Shown here: positions 14,101 through 29,100 of the stretch, piece after piece
Numbering within the stretch: the first letter of the stretch is position 1
How the letters are laid out: each line of letters begins with the position of its first letter
Source of the DNA: Ginglymostoma cirratum
Lineage: Eukaryota
DNA: 64,000 nucleotides
Assembly: GCA_024137785.1 (NCBI GenBank)
Contig: JAHRHZ010000048.1
Coordinates: 12,690,256-12,754,255 of the forward strand
Direction of reading: 5' to 3'
Notes under the pieces: generated by a model
Told to the model about the DNA's origin: nothing
The model's database searches: none
Seen by the model: only the letters and a program-made list of their open reading frames with translations
Position numbers and translations under genes: made by a program

Positions 14101-17100
14101 AGCTGCCAGTCCTTCTTAGTTAAGATCAGCTAACTCATCATGGACTAGGAATCAAAACCTGGGACCATCTGGATCTGCATAGCTTAATATTACATAGCAC
14201 TTAGCCAAAGATCACAGACATACCAATAACAATAGTTTAAAGATTTTTTTTGATTTACAAAGTTATCTGCAATATGAACAGGGAATCCATCAAGCTGTAT
14301 TAGCAAGGCCTGACTTACATTAGTGAGCTAAGGGTAGCTGGTCCAAGGTGATGTTGCTGCCAAGCAGACACTGGCCCTAATGACAATGTCCCTGGCGAGC
14401 TGAATCCTGATAGTGTAGACAAGTCAGCGCTGGTTAGTGAATAATCTGCAAATGAAAGGGAGGGGAGAAAATCATTTTGTTACTTTTGGCTTTACATGAA
14501 TATGTATCTTTTAGTAGCAACAACTCCAGTGAGTACTGAAGGGCAGAAGCTTAATTTCATTTCTTGTTCCTTATGAAGAATTATCCTGCAATATGACTGT
14601 GCATTAAATAATTTCATCAATTGTTAATTAACATAAGTGATTTGAAAAGGCCAGTTCTGCTGCTTGGGAGATGTAAAAACTAGAAACAATCCAGTCAAAT
14701 TTCCAAGAGTCCAGTCTTGTGTTTATATACACAATGAACAATTTGATTCATTCATAACTTTATTTCACTATATTTGGGCCAAAATTGAATCTAACTTTTG
14801 TTGCTACACATCACGTAACTGAGAAGAATTGAGCTTTGTGAAATAAAATGAAAGAAAAGTAACAACCAAATTTTATGAATACTGATTTTAGGAAAACATG
14901 CTTGCTTTGAATGCTTTAGATGCAATAAGGTTTCCACACTAATAGCTCCATACATGCCTCCACAATGTTATTATCATAAACACACTCACAATGCTCTTCC
15001 CTAAACAAGCAGGAACTCAGTCACCTAAACTGAACCCCTAAAAGTTGGGTCTTGAACAGAAAGGGTCAGTTTAGCCAGCACTCAGTGCAAGGTGCAATCT
15101 TTGTATAGCAGCAGAAGCTGGTGTTGGAAATGGTCAGTCAATCACTTAAAAAAAAAAATCAACCTACACTTAAATTGCCTGCTAATTTTCATTAAACAAA
15201 CAGCTGAGTGTTTAGGCCCAGGTGATTAATCAAAGATGATGGAAGGTGAGAGGGGATTGTGTAGCATGGTTGGGAAGTAGTGAGTTGGGAAATGGTGAGT
15301 TGGCAGTGGGAGTCCCGTTTCGTAGTCAACCCTTTCCCAACTCCAGGTTACTTTATAAGAACGCAAAGATTATAGCGCAGTCTTTTGACAGCACAGACAA
15401 ACCAGGTAGCTTTTATTAATTTCCTGAAGTCCCAGTAAGTTGTGGTGGGCTCAGGATAAGGGGTGTGAACCGAGTTATTACTGAGCCTAACTGGAACAAT
15501 GCCAGCAGTAGCCAGGAATCCCAACTCCGTCCTTCTCACATTGCCTCTCCTGTGATTAAGTGGGCCCAGTCACTATATTTCTAGCCACAACGGACTTCAT
15601 TAAATCCAGCCCGATGTCTAATCAGCAGTAGAATGCTAAACCCACAGGTATCCTCATTTAATCATCAGGCTGGTTTACATTGTGGTAATTAACAATGAAC
15701 ACTAAAATATTACACCAAAACAAGACCTTAAACAGGTATGTCTAATGTCTGATTGTTCAACCACATAGAAGTGCAGTTCTACTGTTGTTTGCTAATAAGA
15801 TGGATCTTCATAATTAGTGCAAATGTTCCAGCCTATTTTCACACTTTTTAGTTTTACAGCACTTGTGTCTTGCGTCTTTTAATTTGTTTTGACAATATGT
15901 CAACATCATGGCCTTAGAAAATTCTTCCTGAAGCTCCACAGTCTGTAACACGCCAATTAAAGGTTAATAGAGAGATTTTTTTTCGAAAACAACTTATACC
16001 TCATTAAAAAAGAATTTTAAAGAGTATTTAAAGAAAATTAGAGGACAGAATTGGAAATTGGCCATCCTTTTCCAGAAATTACAGTACATTAATTAAGCAA
16101 CTTAGCAAAAGAGAAAATTAATGTTGGACTCTTTCTGACCTAGAAGCAGAAATTTTCAAGCAGTTAGAACTAATTTTTATTCAGCTGGTGCAATTTATAT
16201 GTAGTACTGAGTATCTGGATTCATCCATTCATTCAGACCATCAGTCCACAAGAGATACATCAATAACAATAACATTTCAATGATATTTGAACTTAATCTG
16301 AAAAATTATAATTTGAACATCTACATCATATCACTTGAAGATTATAAGAAAGATTGCCTACAATTATTTCACTAGAAACAGCAGATCCCAAATCAAAACA
16401 TTGACATGTTCTCCGGTTGATTCTATCAGAACCTGTAATGCTCAGACCGTACAGCCATATCACCAAAACCTTCCATTCCTATATCTAGGCTGAATACAAA
16501 ATTCAAGCAATGTCACTTATGTTAATATTTATATTTGAAAAAGGAAGAAACTAATTTCTTTTTAATTGTACTTCAGTGCAGACAATAATGAATAAGAATG
16601 AATTTTGTTTGATTACCAGTGTTGTAAGTCGAGTACAACAGACCATGTGGTGGTAGACTTGGAGTAGTAACAGACACTACTGGAGTTGCAAGAGCCTGTG
16701 TTGACTGTGAACTGCTTATCCTCTGTACATTCTATAAATAAAAAAAAAAGTTATTTAACACAAGCATATGCCACTGAAGCATTTTCACATAAGATAGACT
16801 TTTCCATGTGCAAAGCTGCGCAAGAATTATTGGAAATGCAAATGTATTTTTGTTTCCTTCATTAAAAAAGCTGTTTTTGATCTACATTTCATTAGCCCAC
16901 ATTAAGTCACAGGATGAAGTGGCTCATCACAAAAGCAAGAAACCAGATTTGCATATTGAAGTTGCTTTCATGACTGAACGCCTCTGAGGATTAATAATCA
17001 ATGGAAATGCTGGGTTGGGGATTGTTCATAGCACAAATCTCGTAACATTACATCTTATTTTGGGCAATCAAGTTAAAAATCACATGTAAGAGGGACCTAA

Positions 17101-20100
17101 ATGTTTTAATGCTTTCTCTGCATCTCATTTATTTGACTATAGAAGAATTAAAAGACATGCTCCAATTCTTATCAGGAACCAAAATAGGCTGGGTATTTAA
17201 TTTCAGAACAGAAAGCTGCTAGAATTGGAGCCCACCATTCAAGCTCAACTTGCCACTGTCAGTGGTTTTGCCAATTCTCCACCAGGTGGACTGGTACGCA
17301 GAGCAAAGTTCAAGGGAGAGGAAATCTTTCCTCATGAGGATTATAGTCAATTGCTGAGCATCTTTGAAAGCATTCCATTACCAGGCTTCTGTCAAATTGA
17401 CAGTGCTACTATGGCAATGCTTCTAATGGATGTCATTTGAAGCAGGGGGAAAAGTCCACAAGTCTACAAGGAGAGCCAGAGCTTAGTTTTTGATCTGTGC
17501 AGGTTCTTTGCAGGACTGATACAGTCAAATGGGTGGGTTCCTTGTTTCTTATAATCTTCAATATTGGGTCTACTTTAATTTTTCATTAACATTTCACAAA
17601 CAGGTTCGATGCGCATACTGGCATGGAATGCTGCAAAATATAACTGGGGTCATTTCCAGAGTCCTGGGAAAAACACAGAATTTCAATATTCCATTGGGAG
17701 TTGTAGCCATCATGAAGAAGCAGCACTACAATGCTAAATAACATGCAATCAGATGCTTTAGCTGCTTGGTAAGTTTAAGCAGCGAATACAAGATCCAAAA
17801 GCCAGCCTGTGCTGAGTTGACTGGACTCTGTCTGGACAGCAGTGGTATTATCATTAGCCTCAAATTTCTACTGGTTGCTGCCGAGTGACCCAAGTTATCA
17901 AGACACTTACACAGGAACAATGGTCTATGCAGGCAAAGTATCAAAATGGAGAGGAGGAAGTGGGGATAGATGGAAGATGGTCTAACCAGATTAAAAGGCA
18001 ACTTAAAACAATAATAAGGGGTCGAAATGCCATATTACAGTTAAACAAGAAAGACGTTATTCCTACAAATTATATTAAAAAATATAAATTCTGACACAAA
18101 AATCATAGTTATCATTAAACAAATTCTTCTGTTGTAGTTGTTAGCTCAGTAGATTGTTAAGTCATGTATTTATAGACTGAAAATCACAAACAGCCCAAAA
18201 GGATGAGGAAAAAAATTATGAAATATTTTACATGTTCAAAATACCAAATCCATTTAAACTCATAGGCTCATTGATAATCCCCCATGAAAAGGAAAGTAAA
18301 AGCTTCCAGAGACCTTAAAACTACTGATGATTTTAGAAACTAGTACTGACTAATATGTACAACTGTACTTAACAGATATACAGAGTTATTAAATGGTGAT
18401 AATACTCGATCATATTGAGGAACAAATCCAGTACTTTTAATGAATCCAAAGGAATTTAATTTTCCAAATAAAATACATTAATGGGACTTGAGCAATACAG
18501 CCTAGCAACTCAATACTGGACATATATGAATGAGGTAGAAGGGTCTCAATAACTCAAAACAAAGCAAAATGCACTATCAAACGTGGACAAGAGGAAAATC
18601 ATCCTGTATACTTACATTCTGACAGGTTAATGAAAGCTACTTATACACTGGGAAATGAGTAGAATAGGTGTTTTTTGCTGTTAATGAAGATGCTCTTACA
18701 TGCTTTGAGTTCTGTTAACACCCAAGAGCTAAAGAGTAATCAGAGGTATAGTTTCAAAAATGTGAGGTTTAAAATTAGCAGCTACTTCAAAAATAGGGAT
18801 TCAAATATTTTCTTTGTGTGAGGGAATAACGCACTGACTTTCCACACAATAAGCACTGAAATAAAAAGGACTTTTCACTTCAAACACAAAGCCATGCAAT
18901 GCTATTGATAACACTATATCTTACAAAAATGAGTATTAATTCAAACCTATTTCAAGACCTAGTATAATCACACACATTTCTCCAAGGTGCAATCAGACTT
19001 ACCATATCCAATTCATCCTCCTCTGACTGCAGAAAGCAGATATAAAAACAAGCATACTGTGTTATTGGGAATGATAACCCTGACACTAGTCACATAAAAC
19101 AAAGAACTGTGGATGCTGGGAATCTGAAAAAAATCTGAAATTGGTGACACTGGACTTGAAATGTTAACTCTGCTTTTCTCCGCAGATGCTGCCAGACCTG
19201 CTGAGTTTCTCCAGCAGTTTCTGTCTCTGTTATTTGATTTGATTTCTTTGTTAAATGGATCAATGGAACTGCAGCATTGATGTTTGGTGAATATTTTATA
19301 TTTTCCTGGAACCCAGACACTCACTTCTTGTATTCCTTTACAGATTTCCTAATGTAGTGAGTTAATTTTCTCCATGAGATTCTCCTCCTTTAAATTATAA
19401 TACCTGGGGTGTTCCATCCACAGTTCCCTCCTATTCAAACTTTACAGGCTGTCCCTCAAACATTTTCAAACAATAATGTCAGCATCAACAAGCACATCAA
19501 ATGGCACCAACTCTGGCTTTCTGTTTCACCCTAAATTTGATGATGGTCATAATATAGTCTGGTCAATGTCAAGTCCTACACATTGCAATAATTCAACTTT
19601 TGGGAAGTGTGTAGAGTAAAATGTTAATTGAACATGTACATGAGGACCTATGTCATGATAATATCAGATCAAGACAGAGCCAGGACCCGAGTATGGAGTA
19701 TCTCAGACAGGGTCTCTTCCGTCGATAGTTACGTTCAATAAAACATCTTCACATTCACTCACCCGAGTGCAGACCTGCTCTCACTACAAAGCATATGCTG
19801 TTGCTCACTTTCTGCTATTTCCCCCAGACTGTAATTCTGTGTCCCAATAAGGCATTTGTTTTCAATGAATCTGCATGTGTGCTTTTGTGCTCCGTTCAAC
19901 CCACACATTGAGAATGTTGCCAAGATTACTTACTTCCAGCTCCTGAGCCTTGTCCTGATCATGCCCCGCTGTACCACTGTAACTGACTGCTGTTCCAAGT
20001 TCCATCTCAGACTAATGCCAACCTCAAGACAAGATCAACTCATTCAGATCTTGCATAACCAGCTCTCAAGGACTTCTTCCTCTAATCTACTCATGAAATC

Positions 20101-23100
20101 TCTTTCACACGCATCCAGCATCCAATGTCGGTTCATTGGTCTGCTTTTACCCAGCTTACCATCCTGTCCCTTCAACCCTGGCCTCTACTCAATTCTTCAT
20201 AAACCTGTGTCTTTGGGCATTATTTTGACCACCTGTCCTAGGTAAAGCACAGCCGAGCTCCCAAAGAATTGCCTCAGGGCGTTTTGTTTCGTGGAAGACA
20301 CAATGGAGATGTAAGCTGATGTGCTAATAATAAGGGTGATCACAATGTTTTGCTGCATAACATCTTGTATATTCTATGGCATGACTTCTGAATAATTCTC
20401 ACAAACCTTGTACCCAGAGAACTGTGTTCTCTGAGGCATTCTGCTTATAATTTCCAAAGTAGCAGAATAAAATGGAGTCACACAATTACGGATGATTACA
20501 TTGATACAATTTGCATTGTGTTGTTCTCTAATGGACTCACCAGAGGTGGCATCATGCCCTTGCTTGTTGGCGGAATGACCACGCGTAGGTCTGGCTTGCG
20601 ATTATTCATTGCAACATTTCCACCAGGAGGGGGCGGTGACTTTGTGGGCATCACTTTTCCCAATCCATTCCCACCTGTGGAGCACAGCAGGCCAGGCGAA
20701 GCACGAGGGTTAACAAAACCATTTCCTGAAATGAATTTTGATAAAAAAAAGTACATTATTTCATTAATTTTTATTGCATTTGGGACTTCTTATTTCTTAA
20801 ATGTAATTATTTGTGGTCAAGAATCACCAGGCACGTGGTATATGCTCGTTATGTTAGATCAGACTGACTGGGGCTCAAATATTGAATGCATCAATGAGTG
20901 GATTTAGTGTTGCCATTATTCCCAGCCAAGAAGGACGTGATTGCACAATTCCCCTGTGAATCACATTTGGCATCTGCATTGCTGCAAATGATTATTAACT
21001 TTGTGCATATTGTGCGTCCATAATTATCCTCTGCTCCTGCATTTTGCTGGAGAATTCACACTACTTTTAACAGGAGACATTGCTGCACTCTCTTCCTAAA
21101 CAGATTGCAGTAAATACACACTGCTTTTTAAATAGACCAAAAATAGATTTTCCTGGCTGAAAAATCCATGGTTTGCAGCAAATCTTGCCAAAACTCCTGT
21201 TCTGCCTCCTGCCTGTTAACCGAGAAACAGCATCACACTCAGCCAAAATGTAATATTTTGACAAGAATTAAAAATCTAATCCAGCACGGAACAAGGGGCA
21301 TTTCCAATAGAAGTGACAGGGATTTTTTCTTCCACTCACTAGCCAGAGAGCAAACTTGCTTTTTTAGGGAAAGTGTGCTACTTTTTGGCACTTAACTGGA
21401 CAATGAGGGTCTTCATGGGTGTGGGGAAGAGACAGAGATTGAGGGGAACAGCACACCTCAATCCCTCGTCAATCCCTGGATCAGGCACTGTGCTTTTGAA
21501 TGACGAACCACCCCAAAAGAGCTTGCAATTAACATCTGCAAGCACATACCCATCATACTTCACTCATGATGAAAACCCCCAACCATTGCTGGATTAATAC
21601 CAGTCTTAAGTGGGTGTTAATTGCCCACTTTAAAAGGTCTCAATTTGTGGCAGGTAGGAGGACTGTCCATTGGACATCTAGCCATGGCTGGAGGAGAGAT
21701 GGTATCAGGGTCCCACATGCTTGATTAAAACGTACACCCCTACAGACGACATTAAATGCTACCCAAGGTTTTTGACTGCGATTTTACATCGGAAACCTCT
21801 TACAACGTTTTCAGCATTTGATGGCTTCAAATAAATTGGGCCATTCCTTTGAAGCTCAACTAATGAATTCAATAAATCAAAAACGGATCTTTTCTGATTA
21901 CATCTGGATGCCAACCGTCTCTCAGAAAATACCTGTCCTCCCTAAAAACTCTGTCCGAGGATCAATGAGAGGCTAGACAGTGAGTTTTAAAGCAAGCATC
22001 ATCCCTGAAGTTAATTAGGGGGTGCATTCTCTAGCAGGCAAGCTTTCTCTTTTAAAATTAGCAATAATTCATTTTCTTTTTTTAAGATGAAAAAGCAGTG
22101 TGGAAAATTTTAGTTTGCTCCTTAAAAATAGATATCTATTTCTGGATGTAATTTTATATCTCAGCTCTTCAGGGATGAAAAAGGTACAAATTAAAAGTTA
22201 AATGTTATTTCCACCTATACCATTTTCAATAGGACAACAGTTGGGTTAGAAATCCACCTCACAACATTCACTTCAGACAGACGACTGTACTAAATGCCAT
22301 CTTTTTTTTTTATCATTTATCTACAGCAGACGATCAGCCACTAAACAATACAGTGCCAGGTCAGGAATTCCAAAAACAAGATAATTGCTTAATAACCCCT
22401 TGGCAAATTACTACAATTAGGAGAATGCTGTGCTCCCCTGGTGTGAGTATAAGTGAAGAAGCCCTTCTTTATATAATTGACAGTTCTTTATAAGTAGAGA
22501 TGCATTAAGATTGCAATAAAATCCTTTGGTAATCCAAATATCCTTTGTTTATAGAAATCATTTCAGTACCGAGGAGTGTCTTACTGTTTCTAATTTACAT
22601 TTAAAATACAATGGTTTACATTCAGCAACTAAATACAAAAAGGTTACATTTGCAAAACGTGGTAAATGAGGAGGGACACTGAAATTAAAAGAGGCAGCCT
22701 AAAACTTGCCAAATGGGCCTGAAACCAGTGGTTTGAAATATTAATGCAGAAAAATACAACTTACTTCACCCAGAAAGGGAAAAATGGGCAACAAATGTGT
22801 GTTGTGAATTACACTGAAGAAACAAAGAATGTAAAGTTTTGGTTGATGTGATGCACAACTTAAAACAGAAAGAGCAGGAAAAACTCAGCAGGTCTGGCAG
22901 CAGTTGTGGAGAGAGACAGTGAGTTAACTTTTTGAACCAAATGCGACTCATAACCTTAATTCTCGTTCTCTCCTCTCCGAAGCTGCCAGATCTGAACTTT
23001 TCCAGCACTTTCTGTTTTTATTTCAGATTCCGGGCATTCACAGTACTTTCTTTGACTACATTGATATTCAACAAATGCTGAAGAACAAAGACCAACAGAA

Positions 23101-26100
23101 TGTCGAAGCATATAACCAAAATAGTAAAATACAAGCCCAAGAAAGTCAAGGCTACTTCAAGAACAGAGCGCTAGTCAGACCACACCTTCAGCACTATGGC
23201 CAGTCCTGGTTTCCAAGAAACATGGGAAACATGGGAGACAATGTAAAAACAGCCGCAAAGTAAATCCTTGGTATTAAAGAGTTAAGTTATTAGGAATGTC
23301 TGGAGAGAATTAAACTTTTCAATCTGGATAAGGTGGTGCCCAAGGTATGATCTTACCATGGCACATAAGAAAACAAATGGATAATTTGAACAAGGTTAAT
23401 TAGCAACATTAACTTAAAACCAAGAGTGCAACTAGGATAAGGGGTACATACTTGAACTACTAAAAGATAATTTGCTATCAGTACGTTCTTCATTATCTAC
23501 CAAAAAAGTATTTACAGCACAATGACTACACATTTGGCTCCAGTGACCCACGGAACAGCAGTGCTCCAAAACTCCTAGAACCTTCTTGATCAAACCCCAT
23601 CAACATATCCAATTTCTTTCTTCCTCTAGTCCTTTGCTAGCTTTCAACGGGTATTCATTTCAACAGCTCCCTGGAGTAGAGAGTTCCACGCTCTAATCAT
23701 GCATTGGTTGAAAACATTTCTCTTGAACTCCATTTTGGATTTATTAATTATCTTTTATTTATGGCCAATTTTTGCTCTTGGCCACAAGTGGAAACACTTT
23801 CTCTGCATCTACACTATCAAACCCCATCATAACTGGCCTCCATCAAGTCATTCCTCAGTCTTCACTCTTTTGGAGAAAACAGCCCCAGCCTAATAAATAT
23901 TACTGTGCAGTTCAGGTGATCTAGCCTTAGTACAGACATATAGATGCACTGGTGCAGGCAAAAATCCCAGAACTAAGAGGGACTGAATGTGGTTAGGAAC
24001 TGGGATTGCCTTGTGGTTTTGAATTCTCTCTCTGTTCTCCTAATAAAGATTTAACTATGATTATACAACAGCGCTTTAAGAGTGAGTATGAGCTTCCTTA
24101 AAAAGATTCAATTTATCCATGAACAAAGAACAGTCAACTGTCAAGGTAATTAGACATTTGTTTGGAAGAAATGGACTGCTGAATAAATGCAGTTTTGGTC
24201 AATTAGAAATTGCCTTCTTTCCCTGCTAGAATATAACAGTATGTAGATATTTCATTATTCATTTGGAGATTCTAAATAAAACATAACGCAACATTCTTTT
24301 CAAAAGACACTTAAAAAAAATCACATGGCTTAAAGCTAATTGCTTGGACTGAAAGTGTGTAGAGAGATATAGATAGGTTAAGTGAACAGGCAAGGGCCTG
24401 GCAGATGGAGTACAATGTTGGTAAATGTGGGGTCATCCATTTTGGTAGGAATAATAGCAAAATGTACTATTATTTAAATGGGGAAAAATTGCAGCATGTT
24501 GCTGTGCAGAGGGATCTAGGTGTCCTTGTACATGAATCAGAGAGTTGGTTTGCAGGTGCAGCTGGTAATTAAGAAGGCAAATGGCATATTGTACTTCATT
24601 ACTAGATGGATGGAGTTTAAAAATAGGGAGGTTATGCTGCAGCTGTATACGGTGCTGGTGAGGCCACACTTGGAGTATTGTGTACAGTTTTGGTCTCTTG
24701 AGAAAGGGCATACTGTCACTGGAAGGTGTGTAGAGGGGGTTCATTAGATTGATTCTGGAGTGGAGAGGGTTGGCTTATGAGGAGAGATTGAATGGACTGG
24801 GACTGTACCTATTGGAATTTAGAAGAATGGCAGAGATCTTATAGAAATGTATAAAATTATGAAGAGAACAGATAAGATAGAAGCTGGGAGGTTGTTTCCA
24901 CTGCCTGGTGAAACGAGAACTAGGTAACACAGCCTCAAAATAAGGGGAAGCAGATTTAGGACTGAATCGAGGAGGAACTTCTTCACCCAAAGGATTGTGA
25001 ATCTGTGGAATTCCTGCCCAATGAAGCATTTGAGGCTACCTCACGGAATGTTTTTAAGGAAAAGATAGATGTTTGAACAGTAAAGGAATTAAGAGTTATG
25101 GTTAGCGTGCAGTTAAGTGGAGCGGAGTCCATGAAACGAGTCCATGATTTTAATGAATTGCAGAGCAGGCTCAATAGGCCAGATGGCCTGCTCTTGCTTC
25201 GGCACAGTGGCTCCGTGGTTAGCACTGCTGCCTCACAGCACCAGGGACCCGAGTTCAATTCCACCCTCAGGCAACTGTCTGTGTGGAGTTTGCACATTCT
25301 CCCCACGTCTGTGTGGGTTTCCTCCTACAGTCCAAAGATGGGCAGAGTAGGTGGATTGGCCATGCTAAATTGCCCGTAGTGTTCAGGAATGTGTAGATTA
25401 GGTAGGTTATAGAGGGATGGGTTTGGGTGGGTGCACTGAGGGTCAGTGTGGACTTGCTGGGCCGCAGGGCCTGTTTCCACACTGTAGGGATTCTATGATT
25501 CTATTTCTTATTCTCTTGTATACTGGAAACCAGTAGAGTTTAGTAGAGACAGTCAGTGGACTCCCCCAGTCTCAAGTGTAACAACAGGGCAGTGATTATG
25601 TCTATCACATTACTATCATATCATATCATATCATAGTGGAAATGGTGATTCTGATGGGACCTTCGCACCAAATTTGTGTTGCAATAAACTAACACGGAAT
25701 GGTAAGAAGCAGCTTAGTCTTAACATCTTAAGATGACCAAAACTCATCCATATTATTCACTACTGAGATTCAAGTGAGTGGGAACTTCGGCAGTAAAAGG
25801 TCTATTATTTTGATGCTTCAGAGATAGTAAGAACTGCAGATGCTGGAGAATCTGAGATAACAAGGTGTAGAGCACTTTTCTGAAGAAGGGTCTGGGCCTG
25901 AAACATCAGCCCTCCTGCTCGGCCTGCTGTGTTCATCCAGCTCTACACCCTGTTATCTCTTATTTTGATGCTTGCTGCTTTTGTGCATTCTACTGGACCC
26001 ATTTAGGACCATAATAATATAAAAACATTGATATAATACAGACCCTGTTTGATAATAAACCTGATTTGCATCATCTAGCATGAAAACATGAAGCATGAAG

Positions 26101-29100
26101 CATGAAAACAGAAACCTTCAATCACACACTGATCATTTTGTTCTACAAAACTATGCAGTAAAAATCAGAAAGCACATCATTCTGTATTGGTTAATTAAAA
26201 GATCTTTATACCAGGAGAAGCTAACCAATACAAAGAACACAACAATGAGTTTCTAAATAGTGATATTTGTTTGTATGCATTAGCCCTTCACAGACCTCAA
26301 GCTATCAGTATCTGGAAGGCAAAAGATTAATGATTTTAATTACTGACCCATAAAGCAGGTAACATTATGTCCACAATGGAGTGCACGGCACAAAATCTTA
26401 TCAATTCCATTTTTTTTAAAAAAGACCAAAATAGCAAAATATTTTCATTTTAAATGCAACATTTAAGTTAGTTTATAGCTTTTTTAACTCAAACAACTCA
26501 GTCTTCTAATTTAACAGTTTTAAAACCAAGCACACCCTCATGCACAGAGATAGTAAGAACTGCAGATGTTGGAATCAGAGACAGTACAGTGCAGTGTTCA
26601 GAGAACACAGCAGGCTCCTCTGATGCTGCCTGGCCTGCCGTGTTCCTCCAGCTCCACACTGTGTGGTCTTACACCCTCTCATGCATAGTTGGGTTTCATC
26701 AATCTACAGAGAGAGTAATTGCAAATCAATGTTGTGCATTTTACTGCCATCTAGCGTTCATGAAAGTGATCAGATCAAATTTCAAGAAAGTCACTAAAAC
26801 TTAAATAAACTGAACAGTTTTCTCATCTTCCCTTGTGATTTGATTTTTTTGGTGGGTATTAATTATAATGTGAAGGCCTTTCTGACATTGTTTATATATT
26901 TTTAAAAAGAATGCTTTACATAGTGGAGGTTTGAGTATTGAGTAAAAATCTTGAGTATTGCTGAAATTAAAGACATTTTGTTAAAGCTATTCATCTGGCA
27001 CTCATCACAATTTGTGAGGCATACCGATGTAAAAGGGGAAAACAACATTTATAATGTATCAGGGGAGAGTGTTGATTGGTTGTCAAGTAGACTCTTTGGT
27101 AGAGATGTTGCTCTCGAAATGCACCAGTCATGCATCAAATTTACGTAATCCTTTCTGCTTGGCAAACATTATCCAACTGTGAGATATTGTTAGTAATGTT
27201 TTCAAAGGGTATTTTTTGCCTATTCTGTCAGTGGAAGTATAAATTGCTTTTTTGGACTGTCCTGACCTCTCATTTGCCTTTCCCAGAAGAGACAGGACTA
27301 GCTGAAAGATAGAAAGTGACATTTTATCCTGCTGGTTGGGAGGGAAAACTTCTAAATGAGTCTATGACCAGCCTTAAAGTGAGTGCCCAAGGAATAAACA
27401 GCTACATTAAATTCAATATTTATTTTCAATAACACCAATAATAAATGGAAAAGTTCAGGGTCCTCCCAAAATAATTTCTCCCAAGTCTTTGTTTTTGAGC
27501 AGAACAGTAATATGAATTTTTCATAAGAAACAACTGGTGCCTGGAAGAGATTTGTTGATTTGTTGAGATTTGTTGAGATCTGTTGATTTGTTCAGGTCTT
27601 TCAAGAAAACAATGATTTCCAACATGAGAGATGTTTTTCAATTGTTTCTTCATCTCCTGGTGGAGTTGTTATTCTATTTGAGATCAGGGCCAACTTCTAA
27701 CTTGTGATCTAACACAATCTAGGTTACAAAGATGTATACATACACCATCCCTCCAATAGCATAACTGTATTTCACGGTAACTCCTTATAACCTTACAAAC
27801 TCCGCCTTCCATTTACTCTGGCCCACCACTATTGCCAAACCTTCAATTACCTACATCCTATATGATGGATTTTGCTATGATACTTTTTCATAATATGTGC
27901 ATTGTTGTTGTTGCAACTTTAACCAATTATTGTATAGCCACCAAACAGGATGACATTAAAAATCAGGAGATGTCATCTTTCCTTTCAGGCAACTGTTAAG
28001 GACATTTTTATACCTTTAAGCCAAATCATAATGAATTAATTAGCTACCAATTTTCAGGATTAACTTCTCACTAGTGCGAAACAGAGTAACAACTCATCGA
28101 ACAGTGGCACAGATTACACAAACAGTCTTAAGTAATCTTTTTTCAATCTACACACTACCAAACAAATAAACTGTACCTTCTATCCCCTCCAAACCGTTTA
28201 ACCATGCTATAGATAGCCAAACTTTTATAGCATGCCACCCAGTTTAAATGCTTGGACACTGTTCTAAAAATATAATTCAAATAGATCTAGTGTTATTCTA
28301 GAATTAACAAAAGATGAACTATAATGTTCCTTCAACTGGTGATCATTTGTTTTTATTTGACTAATTTCTTTTAAGATTTACTGTATTCTTACCTATTCAC
28401 TTAGATATCAACTGTGAGCACATTGGTTGATTTTGAAGAAGTCCGTTTCACAAATCAGATATTTACTAGAGAACAAAACCATGGGGGTAGTGCCCCTACA
28501 TTCTGGCCAGGAAGACTGGGCTTGAGCCCCACTAGTCCTGGCTGTGTATCATATATCTTGTCTAAACAAGTTGATTAAAATAACGACAGTGACCTTCCTT
28601 GGGCTCTTGCGACACAGTGGTAGAGTCCCTGCCTCTGGGCCAGTGGTCTGAGTTCAAGTCCCATCTATGCAGGAAATACCTACATGTCCAAGCAGGTCGA
28701 TTAAAATAGCTACAGGAACTTATGACCAAGCAAGGCTCAGTGGGCAAAAGGTGGGATTAAAGATCGTAAAATTCTAACTGAAAGTGAACTGCAGTTGCTC
28801 GGCCAATTACATTCTGGGAATTATTCAATAAACAAGGTCAAAACGTAAAGATGACTTGTACAAATAACTGAAATGAATAATTTCAAAAAAAAATGTAAAT
28901 TTACAGTATCTTACATATTCAGAGCTCAGGCCTGAGCTGGTGGGCTATCGAAATCTTGCATAGGGTTTACTCAGGTTTATTTTTAGACTGGTTTAATTTT
29001 ATGGCCTGGAAGGAAGACAGGGCAAACTGAACTGAAAAGAGTCCAAGATCAGCAGACAGTGGAGGGTGGGATGGAGACAAAGTGGTACACACCGAGTGAG

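Noticed and set aside
17726-18001. Minus-strand ORF with RNLRLMIIP, resembling the KPDLRVVIP motif (possible duplicated exon)
   Set aside because: No convincing splice sites, similarity limited to a few residues, and the DNA contains the aactcagcacag SINE-relic motif also seen near 14130 and 59580.
22122-22131. MEF2 binding consensus TTAAAAATAG (autoregulation)
   Set aside because: Expected by chance in AT-rich DNA; the same 10-mer occurs inside a LINE at 24617-24626.
27548-27592. Short tandem (GATTTGTTGA)-like repeats; also (TATCA)n near 25613-25635
   Set aside because: Simple slippage repeats without spacers; not CRISPR-like, and the DNA is eukaryotic.
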